Source: Anaerolineales bacterium UBA832 (GTDB lineage Bacteria > Chloroflexota > Anaerolineae > Anaerolineales > UBA11657). From it: DNA of 52,889 nucleotides. Below, one piece after another: positions 25,880 through 35,449 of the stretch. Under the pieces are notes generated by a model. It did no database searches. It was given only the letters and a program-made list of their open reading frames with translations, and had not been told where the DNA came from. Location: contig DBHI01000108.1 in the NCBI GenBank assembly GCA_002296125.1, forward strand, positions 1 through 52,889. Direction: 5' to 3'. Numbering within the stretch: position 1 is the stretch's first letter; every line of letters begins with the position of its first letter. The position numbers were made by a program, and so were the translations under genes.

Positions 25880-26557
25880 TTATTTCTCAGTAATGTTAAT
25901 TTTATTCATGACAATACCATCATCTTGGGAATTCTGTGGATTTCTCTCTGGTATAGCAAATACTGTTTCCATTCCCTCAATTACCTCACCGAAAATTGTA
26001 TGGTTATTGTTTAAATGAGGAGTAGGTACATGAGTAATAAAAAATTGACTGCCATTTGTATTAGGACCTGCATTCGCCATCGCTAAAAGTCCGGGCTTAT
26101 CAAAAGTTAATCCATTATTTACTTCGTCTTCAAACATATATCCAGGTCCTCCTGAACCTGAACCAGTTGGATCTCCACCCTGTACCATGAAATTATGAAT
26201 GACGCGGTGGAATGTTACTCCATCATAGTATCCTTGTTTTGCCAAAAAGACAAAATTATTTACTGTGACAGGAGATTCACTACTAAATAGGCGTAATGTT
26301 ATATTGCCGAGTTCAGTTTCAATTACAGCAGTATATTGTTTTTGTAGATTTATAGTCATTTCTGGTGGTTTGGACCATTGTTGTTGTGACATATCTGATT
26401 CCTTTGATTCTATAGGTTGATTATTTTGAGAACGAAATAATACTAGTAACAAAAAAGTTAATACTAATGCTGCAATAATAGTGATAGACCATCGTGTTAC
26501 TGGACGATTAGTTTTTGGGGTTCTATCTTTCTTATTGGCTTGGTCACTTTGTGTCAT
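25880..26557 (-). CDS. peptidyl-prolyl cis-trans isomerase, cyclophilin type, N-terminally membrane-anchored
   Basis: One N-terminal TM helix ([19 protein letters not shown]), then the cyclophilin core [15 protein letters not shown]...NGSQFFIT. Confidence 0.9.
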   Translation of the reverse strand: MTQSDQANKKDRTPKTNRPVTRWSITIIAALVLTFLLLVLFRSQNNQPIESKESDMSQQQWSKPPEMTINLQKQYTAVIETELGNITLRLFSSESPVTVNNFVFLAKQGYYDGVTFHRVIHNFMVQGGDPTGSGSGGPGYMFEDEVNNGLTFDKPGLLAMANAGPNTNGSQFFITHVPTPHLNNNHTIFGEVIEGMETVFAIPERNPQNSQDDGIVMNKINITEK

Positions 26558-26585
26558 TATTTAGTCTCCTTTAGTTACTATTTGA

Positions 26586-26594
26586 ATTCTAACA
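26586..26594 (-). promoter_or_regulatory. candidate extended -10 (TGTTAGAAT) upstream of the cyclophilin gene
   Basis: Plus-strand attctaaca at 26586-26594 reads TGTTAGAAT on the minus strand. An AAGGAG SD follows, 5 nt before ATG 26557. Confidence 0.35.
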
Positions 26595-26625
26595 GATAAT
26601 AGATTTTATGAAATGTTATTTATTG

Positions 26626-29403
26626 TTATTGTGGTATTTTGATGCTACTGATTTTGATATGATTTTCACCTTCTGATAGTAATAATCTTTCTCCTGTATC
26701 TGGAATATACAATCCTATTTCAAGATCATATTTTCCGCTTTCAAGTGTTAGTGTATGTGTGTCAATCACATATTCATCCGATATCCATAAGCTAGTTGGA
26801 TAAGTATTTTGTATTGGTTGACTGTCATTTTGAGTTATCAAGGTTCCATCTTCATTATAAGCATGTATGAAAATTTTATAATTGCTATTTGTTTCTCTAA
26901 TGCATTTCCAGTGTAGTTCTATATCGATTTGTGGTGTTTCGTCATAATTTATGTTATATCCTACCATTTGTAACATATTTCCAAAAGTAAAATTTGTTTT
27001 CTGCTCTGCAAAAGGGGTTGTCCATATTCGGTTGGTTGATACTATGTTTATAGTACTAATTGTAGTATGGGAATTTTTGTTGTTGTCAGTGGTGGAGTTA
27101 ATCTTTAAGTTGTACTCACCAGATTTCATGTTTTTAGGGATCTTTATTGATCTATGGTCTATTATATTTTCGTTTACTGACCATAAACTTGTACTATAAG
27201 TTCCTTGTACAGGTTCAGTAGAGTCAATATTATGGTTATTTATACTTACATTAATTATTTTGTTGTGATCGATTTTATTTTTTGCTCTCCAATAGAGTGA
27301 TAGGGGTATAGATTCACCTGCTATAAATGATGTTTTAGGTAAATCAAATCCGAACAAATATAAATTGCCAAAATTGTGAGAAATGATTTGGGATGGTACT
27401 GGTACTATGTTATTCTTAGAAGTTCCTTGTATGAAAATTGGTCCTATCTGTGCAGTATTTGTAACATTTCCATTTTTATCAGTAGCACCAATTGTTTTAT
27501 TTGTGTCAGGACTATAAATATTTGTAGATAATACATAGTTTCCTGGTGGCATGCCGTTTGGAAGATCGAATGTTAAGCGCACTATGATAATATCGTTTGT
27601 TGTCCATTGTGAAGATTTATAACTATCATTAAATGCTTGATTCCAATAGTGTTCAGATTTATCAACTAAATCTGCTACAAACCTTAGATTTTCTTCTGAA
27701 TTGTCTAGAATTCTTATTTTTAAATCAATGTTTATTTCATCTGATGATGATTCAGCGAATCTAAAACCAATGATTTCAGCTATTTGTCCAAATCTTGAAT
27801 AAAAGTTTTGAAAGTTAAGTTGAGTTATTTCTGTTGATGTATCAAATTCGAAAATGTTTATCTTGTCATTAGGATCATTTGACTTAATATCCCATTGGTT
27901 TATCCATTCTCTCGGTGGCTCTGCTGATTGCGGAAATATATATAATGTTGACCCTTTGTCAGGTATTGCTAATGTGTTTCCGTCTCTTAGCCACTTGATT
28001 TTTTCATAATCTTTAGCTAGATAAGCTACAGTTGGGTGTTGATAATGAAGTGAACTGACATAAATGTTGTCAAAGTTTTCGGATTTTTTGTTAAGAGTGT
28101 TTGCTACTTGTACCATATCTCCATGATTTGACATAAATTGTGTGCTTTGTTGAGCCCATATAAAATAATAATCTTTTGTAGTGATGGTAAATGTATAAAT
28201 GCCTAAAAGTGTAACTGCCAAAATATTTGTCCATTTTGCAGGATATTTGTATCTTAGTTTAGATGTTAATATATTTGTTAGACTTAAATAACCCATGGCA
28301 GGAAATACCAACAAGAATGGAAACAAACCAAATGCTCTTACATTTGATGGAAATACTTCATTGATTGCTAGAGCTGTTGGCAGTAGAAAGACAGGTAACC
28401 AAATAACAAGTAATAATTCAGCTGATTTGTGTAAGGATATCTTGTCATTATAGTATTGTTTTGCGTTGATGATATTCCGTATTGTTAATGTTAATCCTAT
28501 GACAAACATTGAACCATTTAAAGGGTCTAACAGTGGTTTGTAGGGTATGTTGAAACGATCATATGGTTCACCTGATATAAACAACATTTTCAAAGAACCA
28601 GTTAGACCTTCTAAAAGTAAATGGTATTTTCCATATGTTGGACCAACTTGTTGTATACGGATTAACAAGTCTTGAGGGAATTGAACAAAGTGATATATTA
28701 GTGGTGTTATCATTATGCTAAATCCAGCAATCAAGTAGACAATGTTTTTTAGGTTTAGTATTCTATTGACAGAATGTTTGTTTTGTTTGTATGATTTAAT
28801 ATAAGTTGTTAGAAAGGGTATAGAACCAATAATTAGTACTATTGGCATTGCTCGAGAGGCTAAATATGTATGAAAAGTGAGTCCAGCAAAAATTCCAGCA
28901 AAGCAAAATAGTTTTGGTTGTCCCAATCGCAGTGCTTTAAATAGCATTCCGATAAAAAGTGCTTGTATAGCAGGTTGAGTAATTGCTCTGAGACCAAACC
29001 GAGACCAGACAAGGTGACTAAACGAGAAAGCTAATAACATGGAAGTGGTGATTGCGATTAGTTTGACGTTTGTTTTATGATGTAAAATTTGTTTTGTTGC
29101 AAAAAATGTTATTGGTACTGTAATTATTCCCCAAAATGTTGCGGTAATTTTTAAGGAGAAAATTGATGATCCTATGAGCTGATAAATTAATGCTGCCGAA
29201 TAGAAAAACAATACTTCTTTACCAGTGTATGATCGAATAAATGAGGGTCTGTAATTTTCAAATGCTATTTCTTCTATCAATATTGCATTAGCTGCAATAT
29301 CATAGTGAAGTCCAGGAGGTACTGTATTTATTGCAAAGATGCGTAATACAGCAGCTGCTAATGTAATGAGTGTAAGAAATTGAATAGATCTTTTGTAATC
29401 CAT
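26626..29403 (-). CDS. GT-C glycosyltransferase (ArnT/PMT family 39/83-like) with a large C-terminal extracytoplasmic region of three tandem repeats
   Basis: The N-terminal ~410 aa is polytopic with a first-loop PPGLHYDIAANA and ArnT/PMT_2-like organisation. The C-terminal half holds three ~115-aa repeats (about 27424-27795, 27034-27372 and 26629-26985) sharing FGN..-GF/GY...W......Y.TSLW....I.D......P....G.Y.L. Confidence 0.75.
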   Translation of the reverse strand: MDYKRSIQFLTLITLAAAVLRIFAINTVPPGLHYDIAANAILIEEIAFENYRPSFIRSYTGKEVLFFYSAALIYQLIGSSIFSLKITATFWGIITVPITFFATKQILHHKTNVKLIAITTSMLLAFSFSHLVWSRFGLRAITQPAIQALFIGMLFKALRLGQPKLFCFAGIFAGLTFHTYLASRAMPIVLIIGSIPFLTTYIKSYKQNKHSVNRILNLKNIVYLIAGFSIMITPLIYHFVQFPQDLLIRIQQVGPTYGKYHLLLEGLTGSLKMLFISGEPYDRFNIPYKPLLDPLNGSMFVIGLTLTIRNIINAKQYYNDKISLHKSAELLLVIWLPVFLLPTALAINEVFPSNVRAFGLFPFLLVFPAMGYLSLTNILTSKLRYKYPAKWTNILAVTLLGIYTFTITTKDYYFIWAQQSTQFMSNHGDMVQVANTLNKKSENFDNIYVSSLHYQHPTVAYLAKDYEKIKWLRDGNTLAIPDKGSTLYIFPQSAEPPREWINQWDIKSNDPNDKINIFEFDTSTEITQLNFQNFYSRFGQIAEIIGFRFAESSSDEINIDLKIRILDNSEENLRFVADLVDKSEHYWNQAFNDSYKSSQWTTNDIIIVRLTFDLPNGMPPGNYVLSTNIYSPDTNKTIGATDKNGNVTNTAQIGPIFIQGTSKNNIVPVPSQIISHNFGNLYLFGFDLPKTSFIAGESIPLSLYWRAKNKIDHNKIINVSINNHNIDSTEPVQGTYSTSLWSVNENIIDHRSIKIPKNMKSGEYNLKINSTTDNNKNSHTTISTINIVSTNRIWTTPFAEQKTNFTFGNMLQMVGYNINYDETPQIDIELHWKCIRETNSNYKIFIHAYNEDGTLITQNDSQPIQNTYPTSLWISDEYVIDTHTLTLESGKYDLEIGLYIPDTGERLLLSEGENHIKISSIKIPQ

Positions 29404-29512
29404 TAGTATATTTTATACTGCGTGGTTAGTATTTGCCATGAATTGTGTATACTATAATTATAGGCTAATGAATTAATGATATTTTATGTAACAATTGAAT
29501 CTAAATTGAACT

Positions 29513-31300
29513 ATGAAAAGCGAATTTAAAATAAAAGGAAAACTGAAAACCAACAAAAATTCTGCTATTAAATGGTTAATTTCTCATGCTCAGTATCACT
29601 CTTGGGCACTTATTGGTATGATTGTGCCTGCGTTTGCCAATGCTGCTTTAGCTGCTTTGGTCCCATTATTAATTGGTAATGCATTTGAAATGTTAGTTCA
29701 GAGTATGCCGAAACCAGACTATAAATATTTGTTGTGGGCTGCAACTATGATAGTTGTTTCTCAGGTTGGTCGTGCTATTGGAATTTTGATTCGCAATATT
29801 TCTGCTGAGTTGATTGGGCAGCGCATGGAACGAAATACTCGTGATGAGTTGTATGTTAGTTTGATTGGAAAAAATATGTCTTTTCATGATACTTATACAG
29901 TTGGTGATGTAATGGCGCGTGCCACTAATGATGTGAGAGAAATTAATTTGATGTTTAATCCTGGACTTAATTTAGTGATTGGTTCCGGTAGTTTTCTTAT
30001 TATGCCTATAATTTTTTCTTGGCAGATTAACCCTGTTTTGATCTTATCACCATTAGTATTTTTGTTTCTTTATGTGATTGCATTGTGGCAATATTTGGGT
30101 GAATTACGACCTGTATCTGAGGTTGCTAGAAGATCATTTGGAGAATTAAATGATCTTCTAGCACAAGTTATTGATGGGATTGAGACAGTTAAGGGTGCTG
30201 CGAGGGAAACATATGAAACAAACAGGTTTTTATCAAAAGCAAGAGAATATCGTGATGCATTTGTAAAGCAAGGATGGATTGAAGCTAGATTTCTCCCATT
30301 GTTGCTTATGGGTTTGGTAAATGCCTTTGGTTTTTGGCATGCAGTCAGTTTGTTTGAGTCAGGTTTAGTGAATGTGGGTGATGTGATTGCTTATATGGGT
30401 TTATTATCTTTATTTGGTTTTCCAGTTTTCGTTTCATTATTTTCTTATTCTCAAGTAGCATTGGGTATTGCTGGAGCGCGTCGTATGCTTGAATTAATTC
30501 GTGGCGAGAATATTCTTGATGAAAATATCGATGGATATACAAATAATATGCTTGGTCAAGTTAGATTTGAGAATGTTTCGTTTGGATATACTAATGGTTC
30601 TCAAGTAGTGGAGAATTTATCGTTTGATGTAAAACCTGGACAGATTGTTGCTTTAGTTGGGCAAACTGGTTCTGGAAAATCTACGATTTTGAAATTAATC
30701 AACAGAACTTATGATGTGACATCTGGGAAAATATTGGTAGATAACATTGATGTTTGTGATTGGAGTTTAGCATCATTAAGAAAGCAAATTTCCATTATTG
30801 AACAGGATTTGTTTTTGTTTTCTAGGTCTATAGCTGAAAATATATCGTTTGGCATTCCAGAATCTGATCAATTGCTTATTGAAAAAGCTGCTAGAGCAGC
30901 TCAGGCACACGATTTTATCATGGAATTTAAGGATGGTTATAATACTATTATTGGTGAACGGGGAGCAACATTATCGGGTGGTCAACGTCAGCGTCTTGCT
31001 TTGGCCCGAGCATTTCTTACTGATCCCAGAATATTGATATTAGATGATTCTACTAGTGCTATTGATAGTGAAACTGAAGATCAGATACAGAGAGCGATTC
31101 GCGCGGCATCTCAGGGTCGTACTACTTTTATTATTACACATCGTCTGTCTCAGATACGTTGGGCTGACATGATTTTAGTATTAAAAAATGGTGAAATAGT
31201 GGATAGTGGCAATCACGAGAAGTTAATAAATTCTTCGGATATTTACAAAAGAATTTTTTCTAATCATTTAGATAAAAATGAGAAGGGTGACAAGGTTTAA
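29513..31300 (+). CDS. ABC exporter, fused permease/ATPase subunit (degenerate-site partner, Walker B DD)
   Basis: Six-TM exporter domain, then Walker A GQTGSGKST, signature LSGGQRQR, and Walker B ILILDDS (Asp in place of the catalytic Glu). Confidence 0.9.
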   Translation: MKSEFKIKGKLKTNKNSAIKWLISHAQYHSWALIGMIVPAFANAALAALVPLLIGNAFEMLVQSMPKPDYKYLLWAATMIVVSQVGRAIGILIRNISAELIGQRMERNTRDELYVSLIGKNMSFHDTYTVGDVMARATNDVREINLMFNPGLNLVIGSGSFLIMPIIFSWQINPVLILSPLVFLFLYVIALWQYLGELRPVSEVARRSFGELNDLLAQVIDGIETVKGAARETYETNRFLSKAREYRDAFVKQGWIEARFLPLLLMGLVNAFGFWHAVSLFESGLVNVGDVIAYMGLLSLFGFPVFVSLFSYSQVALGIAGARRMLELIRGENILDENIDGYTNNMLGQVRFENVSFGYTNGSQVVENLSFDVKPGQIVALVGQTGSGKSTILKLINRTYDVTSGKILVDNIDVCDWSLASLRKQISIIEQDLFLFSRSIAENISFGIPESDQLLIEKAARAAQAHDFIMEFKDGYNTIIGERGATLSGGQRQRLALARAFLTDPRILILDDSTSAIDSETEDQIQRAIRAASQGRTTFIITHRLSQIRWADMILVLKNGEIVDSGNHEKLINSSDIYKRIFSNHLDKNEKGDKV

Positions 31301-33107
31301 TGATATGACTTCAGTTTTTGGTGGACTCTCTACTGATAAATATGATAGGTATTATACTGACAAAGTTTTGGTACAACGAATTTGGCATTATGTGAGGCCA
31401 TTTAGATCTCAATTATTTATTGTTTTCACTTGTCTGTTGTTGGTGGCTGCTTTATATGCATCTTTTCCTGTATTAGTTTCTGAGGGTGTAGATGAGATTG
31501 CATTAAGTGGTGATCAGAAAGTGCTAGTTCGTTTAATGGTGTTCATTGCTGTTGCTGGTGTATCTATATGGTTGTTGAGTTATGTTCGTTTTGGGATGTT
31601 TAACAAGCTGATTGGGGATGTTGTTTTGGAAATGCGTAACGATGCATTTAAGGCATCTGTATTTCATGATTTAGGTTTTTATGATGAGCATATATCTGGC
31701 AAAATTATAAGTAGGGTTACTTCTGATACACACGAATTTGGTCAGACAATGCGTCTAATTGGTGATATTTTAAATCAAATGGCAGTTGTTGTTGTTTTAA
31801 TTGTTGTCCTTTTTAGGATAGAGTGGCGTTTGGCTTGCTTGCAGCTAGTATTGTCTCCCGTTCTGTTTTTATTAGTGAAAGGATGGAGAAAGATTGCGAG
31901 ACGTGTAACACGACAGGGAGCTAGAGCGATGGCTAATGTTAATTCTGCTATTCAAGAAGCAATAACTGGAATTACTATTGCAAAGAATTTTCGTCAAGAA
32001 GGTTATATTTATGGAGAGTTTGATGAAGTTAATCAAGAATCTTATAGAATTAATTTTCGTAGAGGATTAGTTCTATCTACTGTATTTCCAGTTTTGCATG
32101 GACTTGTAGGAGTTGGTGTAGCAATAATGTTATATGCTGGAGGAAGAGTGGCTGGTATAGGCTTGATTTCTGCGGGAGCTTGGTACTTGTTTGTTTCAAC
32201 TGTGGATAGGTTTTGGTTTCCAATCATGCAATTGGCAGCATTCTGGAGTCAGTTCCAAGCAGGATTAGCAGCTGCGGAACGTGTTTTTGCATTAATAGAT
32301 ACAGAATCAGCGGTACATCAAAAGGGAAATGACTATGACGAATTATTGTCAGCTGAAATAGTTTTTCAAAATGTTCGTTTTGCATATGAAGAAAATCAAG
32401 ATGTACTTGATGACTTTAATTTACGTATAGATACAGGACAAAGTGTAGCTCTTGTTGGACATACAGGAGCTGGTAAGTCTTCACTTCTTAAGTTGTTGTC
32501 TAGGTTTTATGAATTTCAGGATGGTTCTATATTAGTTGATGGAAGAGATATTCGTTCATTAAACCTCCAGGCATATAGGCGACAAATAGGCATCGTTTCT
32601 CAGTCTCCATTCTTGTTTTCAGGTACTTTAGCCGACAATATTCGTTATGCATCTCCAGATTCTAATGACAATGATATATTATATGTTGCTCATACTATTG
32701 GTTCTGGAGAGTGGCTTAGTGATTTACCACATGGTATTTATACTGATGTAGGTGAAAGAGGATCAAAACTTTCATTAGGACAACGCCAGTTAGTAGCTCT
32801 AAGTAGAGTCTTGCTACAAGATCCATTGTTGTTTTTGTTGGATGAAGCTACTGCTAGTATTGATCCATTTACTGAGTCTCAAATCCAGGAAGCCCTTGAT
32901 CTAATAATGGATAATCGTACTAGCATATTGATAGCTCATAGGCTGTCTACAGTTCAATCTTCGGATTTGATAATTGTAATGAACAAAGGAAGAATAATAG
33001 AAAGTGGTAGCCATAATGATTTGATGGTTTTATCAGGTCATTATTCTGATTTATATAATACTTACTTTAGACACCAGTCCTTTGAATATATTGAAGACTT
33101 AAACTAG
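31278..33107 (+). CDS. ABC exporter, fused permease/ATPase subunit (consensus Walker B, degenerate signature)
   Basis: Walker A GHTGAGKSS, signature LSLGQRQ (non-canonical), Walker B LFLLDEATASID. The start is ATG 31278, which overlaps the upstream gene, or ATG 31305. Confidence 0.9.
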   Translation: MRRVTRFNDMTSVFGGLSTDKYDRYYTDKVLVQRIWHYVRPFRSQLFIVFTCLLLVAALYASFPVLVSEGVDEIALSGDQKVLVRLMVFIAVAGVSIWLLSYVRFGMFNKLIGDVVLEMRNDAFKASVFHDLGFYDEHISGKIISRVTSDTHEFGQTMRLIGDILNQMAVVVVLIVVLFRIEWRLACLQLVLSPVLFLLVKGWRKIARRVTRQGARAMANVNSAIQEAITGITIAKNFRQEGYIYGEFDEVNQESYRINFRRGLVLSTVFPVLHGLVGVGVAIMLYAGGRVAGIGLISAGAWYLFVSTVDRFWFPIMQLAAFWSQFQAGLAAAERVFALIDTESAVHQKGNDYDELLSAEIVFQNVRFAYEENQDVLDDFNLRIDTGQSVALVGHTGAGKSSLLKLLSRFYEFQDGSILVDGRDIRSLNLQAYRRQIGIVSQSPFLFSGTLADNIRYASPDSNDNDILYVAHTIGSGEWLSDLPHGIYTDVGERGSKLSLGQRQLVALSRVLLQDPLLFLLDEATASIDPFTESQIQEALDLIMDNRTSILIAHRLSTVQSSDLIIVMNKGRIIESGSHNDLMVLSGHYSDLYNTYFRHQSFEYIEDLN

Positions 33108-33138
33108 AACTCTACAAATTTTTACATATACTAGTTGT

Positions 33139-34830
33139 TTAACCAAATAAGTCTGTTTTAGCTTGTTCTGCTTTATGTTTTGCTGTCTGGCTACTTGATG
33201 TTTGTTGGTTAATTTCCGCATATAGCTTTGGTCCATATTCACGTGTGCGAATGACAACTGGCATTGGAACTGCATGACCCATTATAAGTGCTTGCTGTTG
33301 CGTATCTAGTCTAGCTAAGACTTCTCGCAGCGCTCCAGCACCACTGACACCTGAAAATACTGCTCGGATATCGGATTCGTTGTCTAGTAGACAAGTTACT
33401 CGTGTTCCAATTTGGCTCATTACTTCGTCATCAATGCCACTAGGTCTTTGATCTACTACAAGAAGGGTAACATTATATTTTCTTAATTCTCGTGCAATTA
33501 TGCCAAAAATAGTATGTTGGGACAATTCAGGGGTTAAGAATTTGTGAGCTTCTTCAATAACTATCATGAGTGGATTTGGATCTTCACCTCTCTTCCCAAA
33601 AGCTTTGTTTTTTGCAGAGACATATCTTTCATGGATTCTTCTTGTCAAATAATTTGCTACAAACATATATGCGGCCAGACTATTGTCATATGTGCCAAAT
33701 TCTAAGACAATGCTTGTACCAGAGTTTAATTTTTGAAACAGAATTTCAATGAAATCATCACTTACATGTTCTTTTAGGAATTTCATGTTGCGAAAGAGTT
33801 CAAATTTTCTTTGTATTGCTCCTAGTGAGCTTTTGATAAGATCACCTTGTTCTATGAATTCATCAAGCTCATTTTGATCCTGTTCTTGATCTGACAGCAA
33901 CTTTTTAAACCAATTTTTTCCTAAGCGTCTTCGTAAGAAATATAGAGCATTTACTTGTACATCACTGAGTGCTAGTACACCTGCTAACATTGCGATATCT
34001 TCAGGTTCTATTGCATCATATGAAATGTATAACTCTCCGTCAGCTCTGTCACCTCTTGCTAGTGAAGTTTTCTTATCAAGTGTAATTACATTGATATGAT
34101 TGGAATCAAATAATTGTTGTAGTCCTTTGTATGTTTGTCCATGTTCGTTTTGAATACCCCAACCATAATCATTGTGCATATCAAAGATTAAGCAAGACGC
34201 TTTTCTGCTTTTTACTATTCCAGATAGTAATGTTCTGGTTATAAAAGATTTTCCAGTGCCACTTTTACCGAATACTCCAGAGGATCTTTCAATAAATCTG
34301 TCCAAATTTACATTGATTGGTACTTGATCCATTTCTAAAGGGTTGCCTAGGTAAAAATGATTTTCATCAGCTTTTCCAAAGATTTGTGTTACATCTTCTT
34401 CATTTGCTTGGCTGACTATTGAGAAGTGTGTAGGTATTGTTTTAACAGGTTTAGGTTTTTTATCATTTTTTTCCAATACAAGCATTGGGGCAATATTAAC
34501 TATACCGTATGATAAAGTGCTTCTGTATATTTCTATAGAATATTTATCATTAGTGTCTGGTGGATTAGTTTCTATATAAGGATTGTTATGGGCAAGTGCA
34601 ACATCAGTTACTATACAAAAGAATCGTGTATTGGTTAATCCTTGTACCACTACGTATCGTCCAACAGCTATTTGTTCTATCATACTACCAGGCACTTCAC
34701 CAGAGTCCAGTTTGACAGTAAGTCCCTTAGATAAAGACCCATCAATGATGGTACCAATACGCGTGTTTAATAGCGTTTCATCAGTATTTGATTCATCAGA
34801 AAACTTTTCTAAATCAGATGTTTTGTTCAT
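33139..34830 (-). CDS. HerA-like hexameric ATPase (HAS-barrel plus DUF87/FtsK-like P-loop)
   Basis: N-terminal barrel-like segment IGTIIDGSLSKGLTVKL...GRYVVV. Walker A GVFGKSGTGKSF, Walker B PLMIVIEEAHKF, and the HerA-typical LLVVDQRPSGID. Confidence 0.8.
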   Translation of the reverse strand: MNKTSDLEKFSDESNTDETLLNTRIGTIIDGSLSKGLTVKLDSGEVPGSMIEQIAVGRYVVVQGLTNTRFFCIVTDVALAHNNPYIETNPPDTNDKYSIEIYRSTLSYGIVNIAPMLVLEKNDKKPKPVKTIPTHFSIVSQANEEDVTQIFGKADENHFYLGNPLEMDQVPINVNLDRFIERSSGVFGKSGTGKSFITRTLLSGIVKSRKASCLIFDMHNDYGWGIQNEHGQTYKGLQQLFDSNHINVITLDKKTSLARGDRADGELYISYDAIEPEDIAMLAGVLALSDVQVNALYFLRRRLGKNWFKKLLSDQEQDQNELDEFIEQGDLIKSSLGAIQRKFELFRNMKFLKEHVSDDFIEILFQKLNSGTSIVLEFGTYDNSLAAYMFVANYLTRRIHERYVSAKNKAFGKRGEDPNPLMIVIEEAHKFLTPELSQHTIFGIIARELRKYNVTLLVVDQRPSGIDDEVMSQIGTRVTCLLDNESDIRAVFSGVSGAGALREVLARLDTQQQALIMGHAVPMPVVIRTREYGPKLYAEINQQTSSSQTAKHKAEQAKTDLFG

Positions 34831-35449
34831 AGTTTACCTTTAAGCGACGCAAAATTGAGTCAAGTTTGTATGGGTCATGAGATAATAAGCGTGCTAGTTT
34901 TTTACCACATTCAAACAAAAATAATCCTTGCTCTTCAATAGACCTTGCTTCTGCAGCTCTTCTCAATGTTGTAATAATAAGCTCGTCGATTGAAGGCTCG
35001 TTAGAGTTTAGTATTAGAGTGAGGTAATCTGTACTTTTTGTAAATTGAACAATATCATTTTTAGCACAAGTATTTATATAGTCCAGTGTTACAGGTGGTT
35101 GAGGAGGTAGACTATAAATAATAGTGTCATTATAAACATATCCAATAGATAGAACACTGACTTCAATTGGAACTTGCCTATTATTTCGTTGATCTTGTAT
35201 ATATGTTTCTGGAAGTTGAGGTACAGTTATAAGTTGTTTGACAAGTAGATCGTCTTCAATGAATATGTTATATATAACTCCTATTATGTCAATTTTTCCT
35301 TGTTGGGCTGGGGCTTTAACAAAATCACCAAACAGAGGTACATCGGGTTCAGGTAAATTGCATCCAAATGTGAATCCAGTGGTGTCACTCCTTAGCATTC
35401 TTCCAATAGGTATTGAAGATGAATTGTTGTTCATATTTTTGTCACTCAT
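34814..35449 (-). CDS. hypothetical protein (211 aa) between the NurA-like and HerA-like genes
   Basis: The start overlaps the upstream stop (ATGA at 35446-35449), and the 3' end overlaps the HerA start by 17 nt. The N-terminus IGRMLRSDTTGFTFGC...GDFVKAP...IIGVIYNI looks like a small beta-barrel and the C-terminus is helical. No family recognised. Confidence 0.6.
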   Translation of the reverse strand: MSDKNMNNNSSSIPIGRMLRSDTTGFTFGCNLPEPDVPLFGDFVKAPAQQGKIDIIGVIYNIFIEDDLLVKQLITVPQLPETYIQDQRNNRQVPIEVSVLSIGYVYNDTIIYSLPPQPPVTLDYINTCAKNDIVQFTKSTDYLTLILNSNEPSIDELIITTLRRAAEARSIEEQGLFLFECGKKLARLLSHDPYKLDSILRRLKVNYEQNI

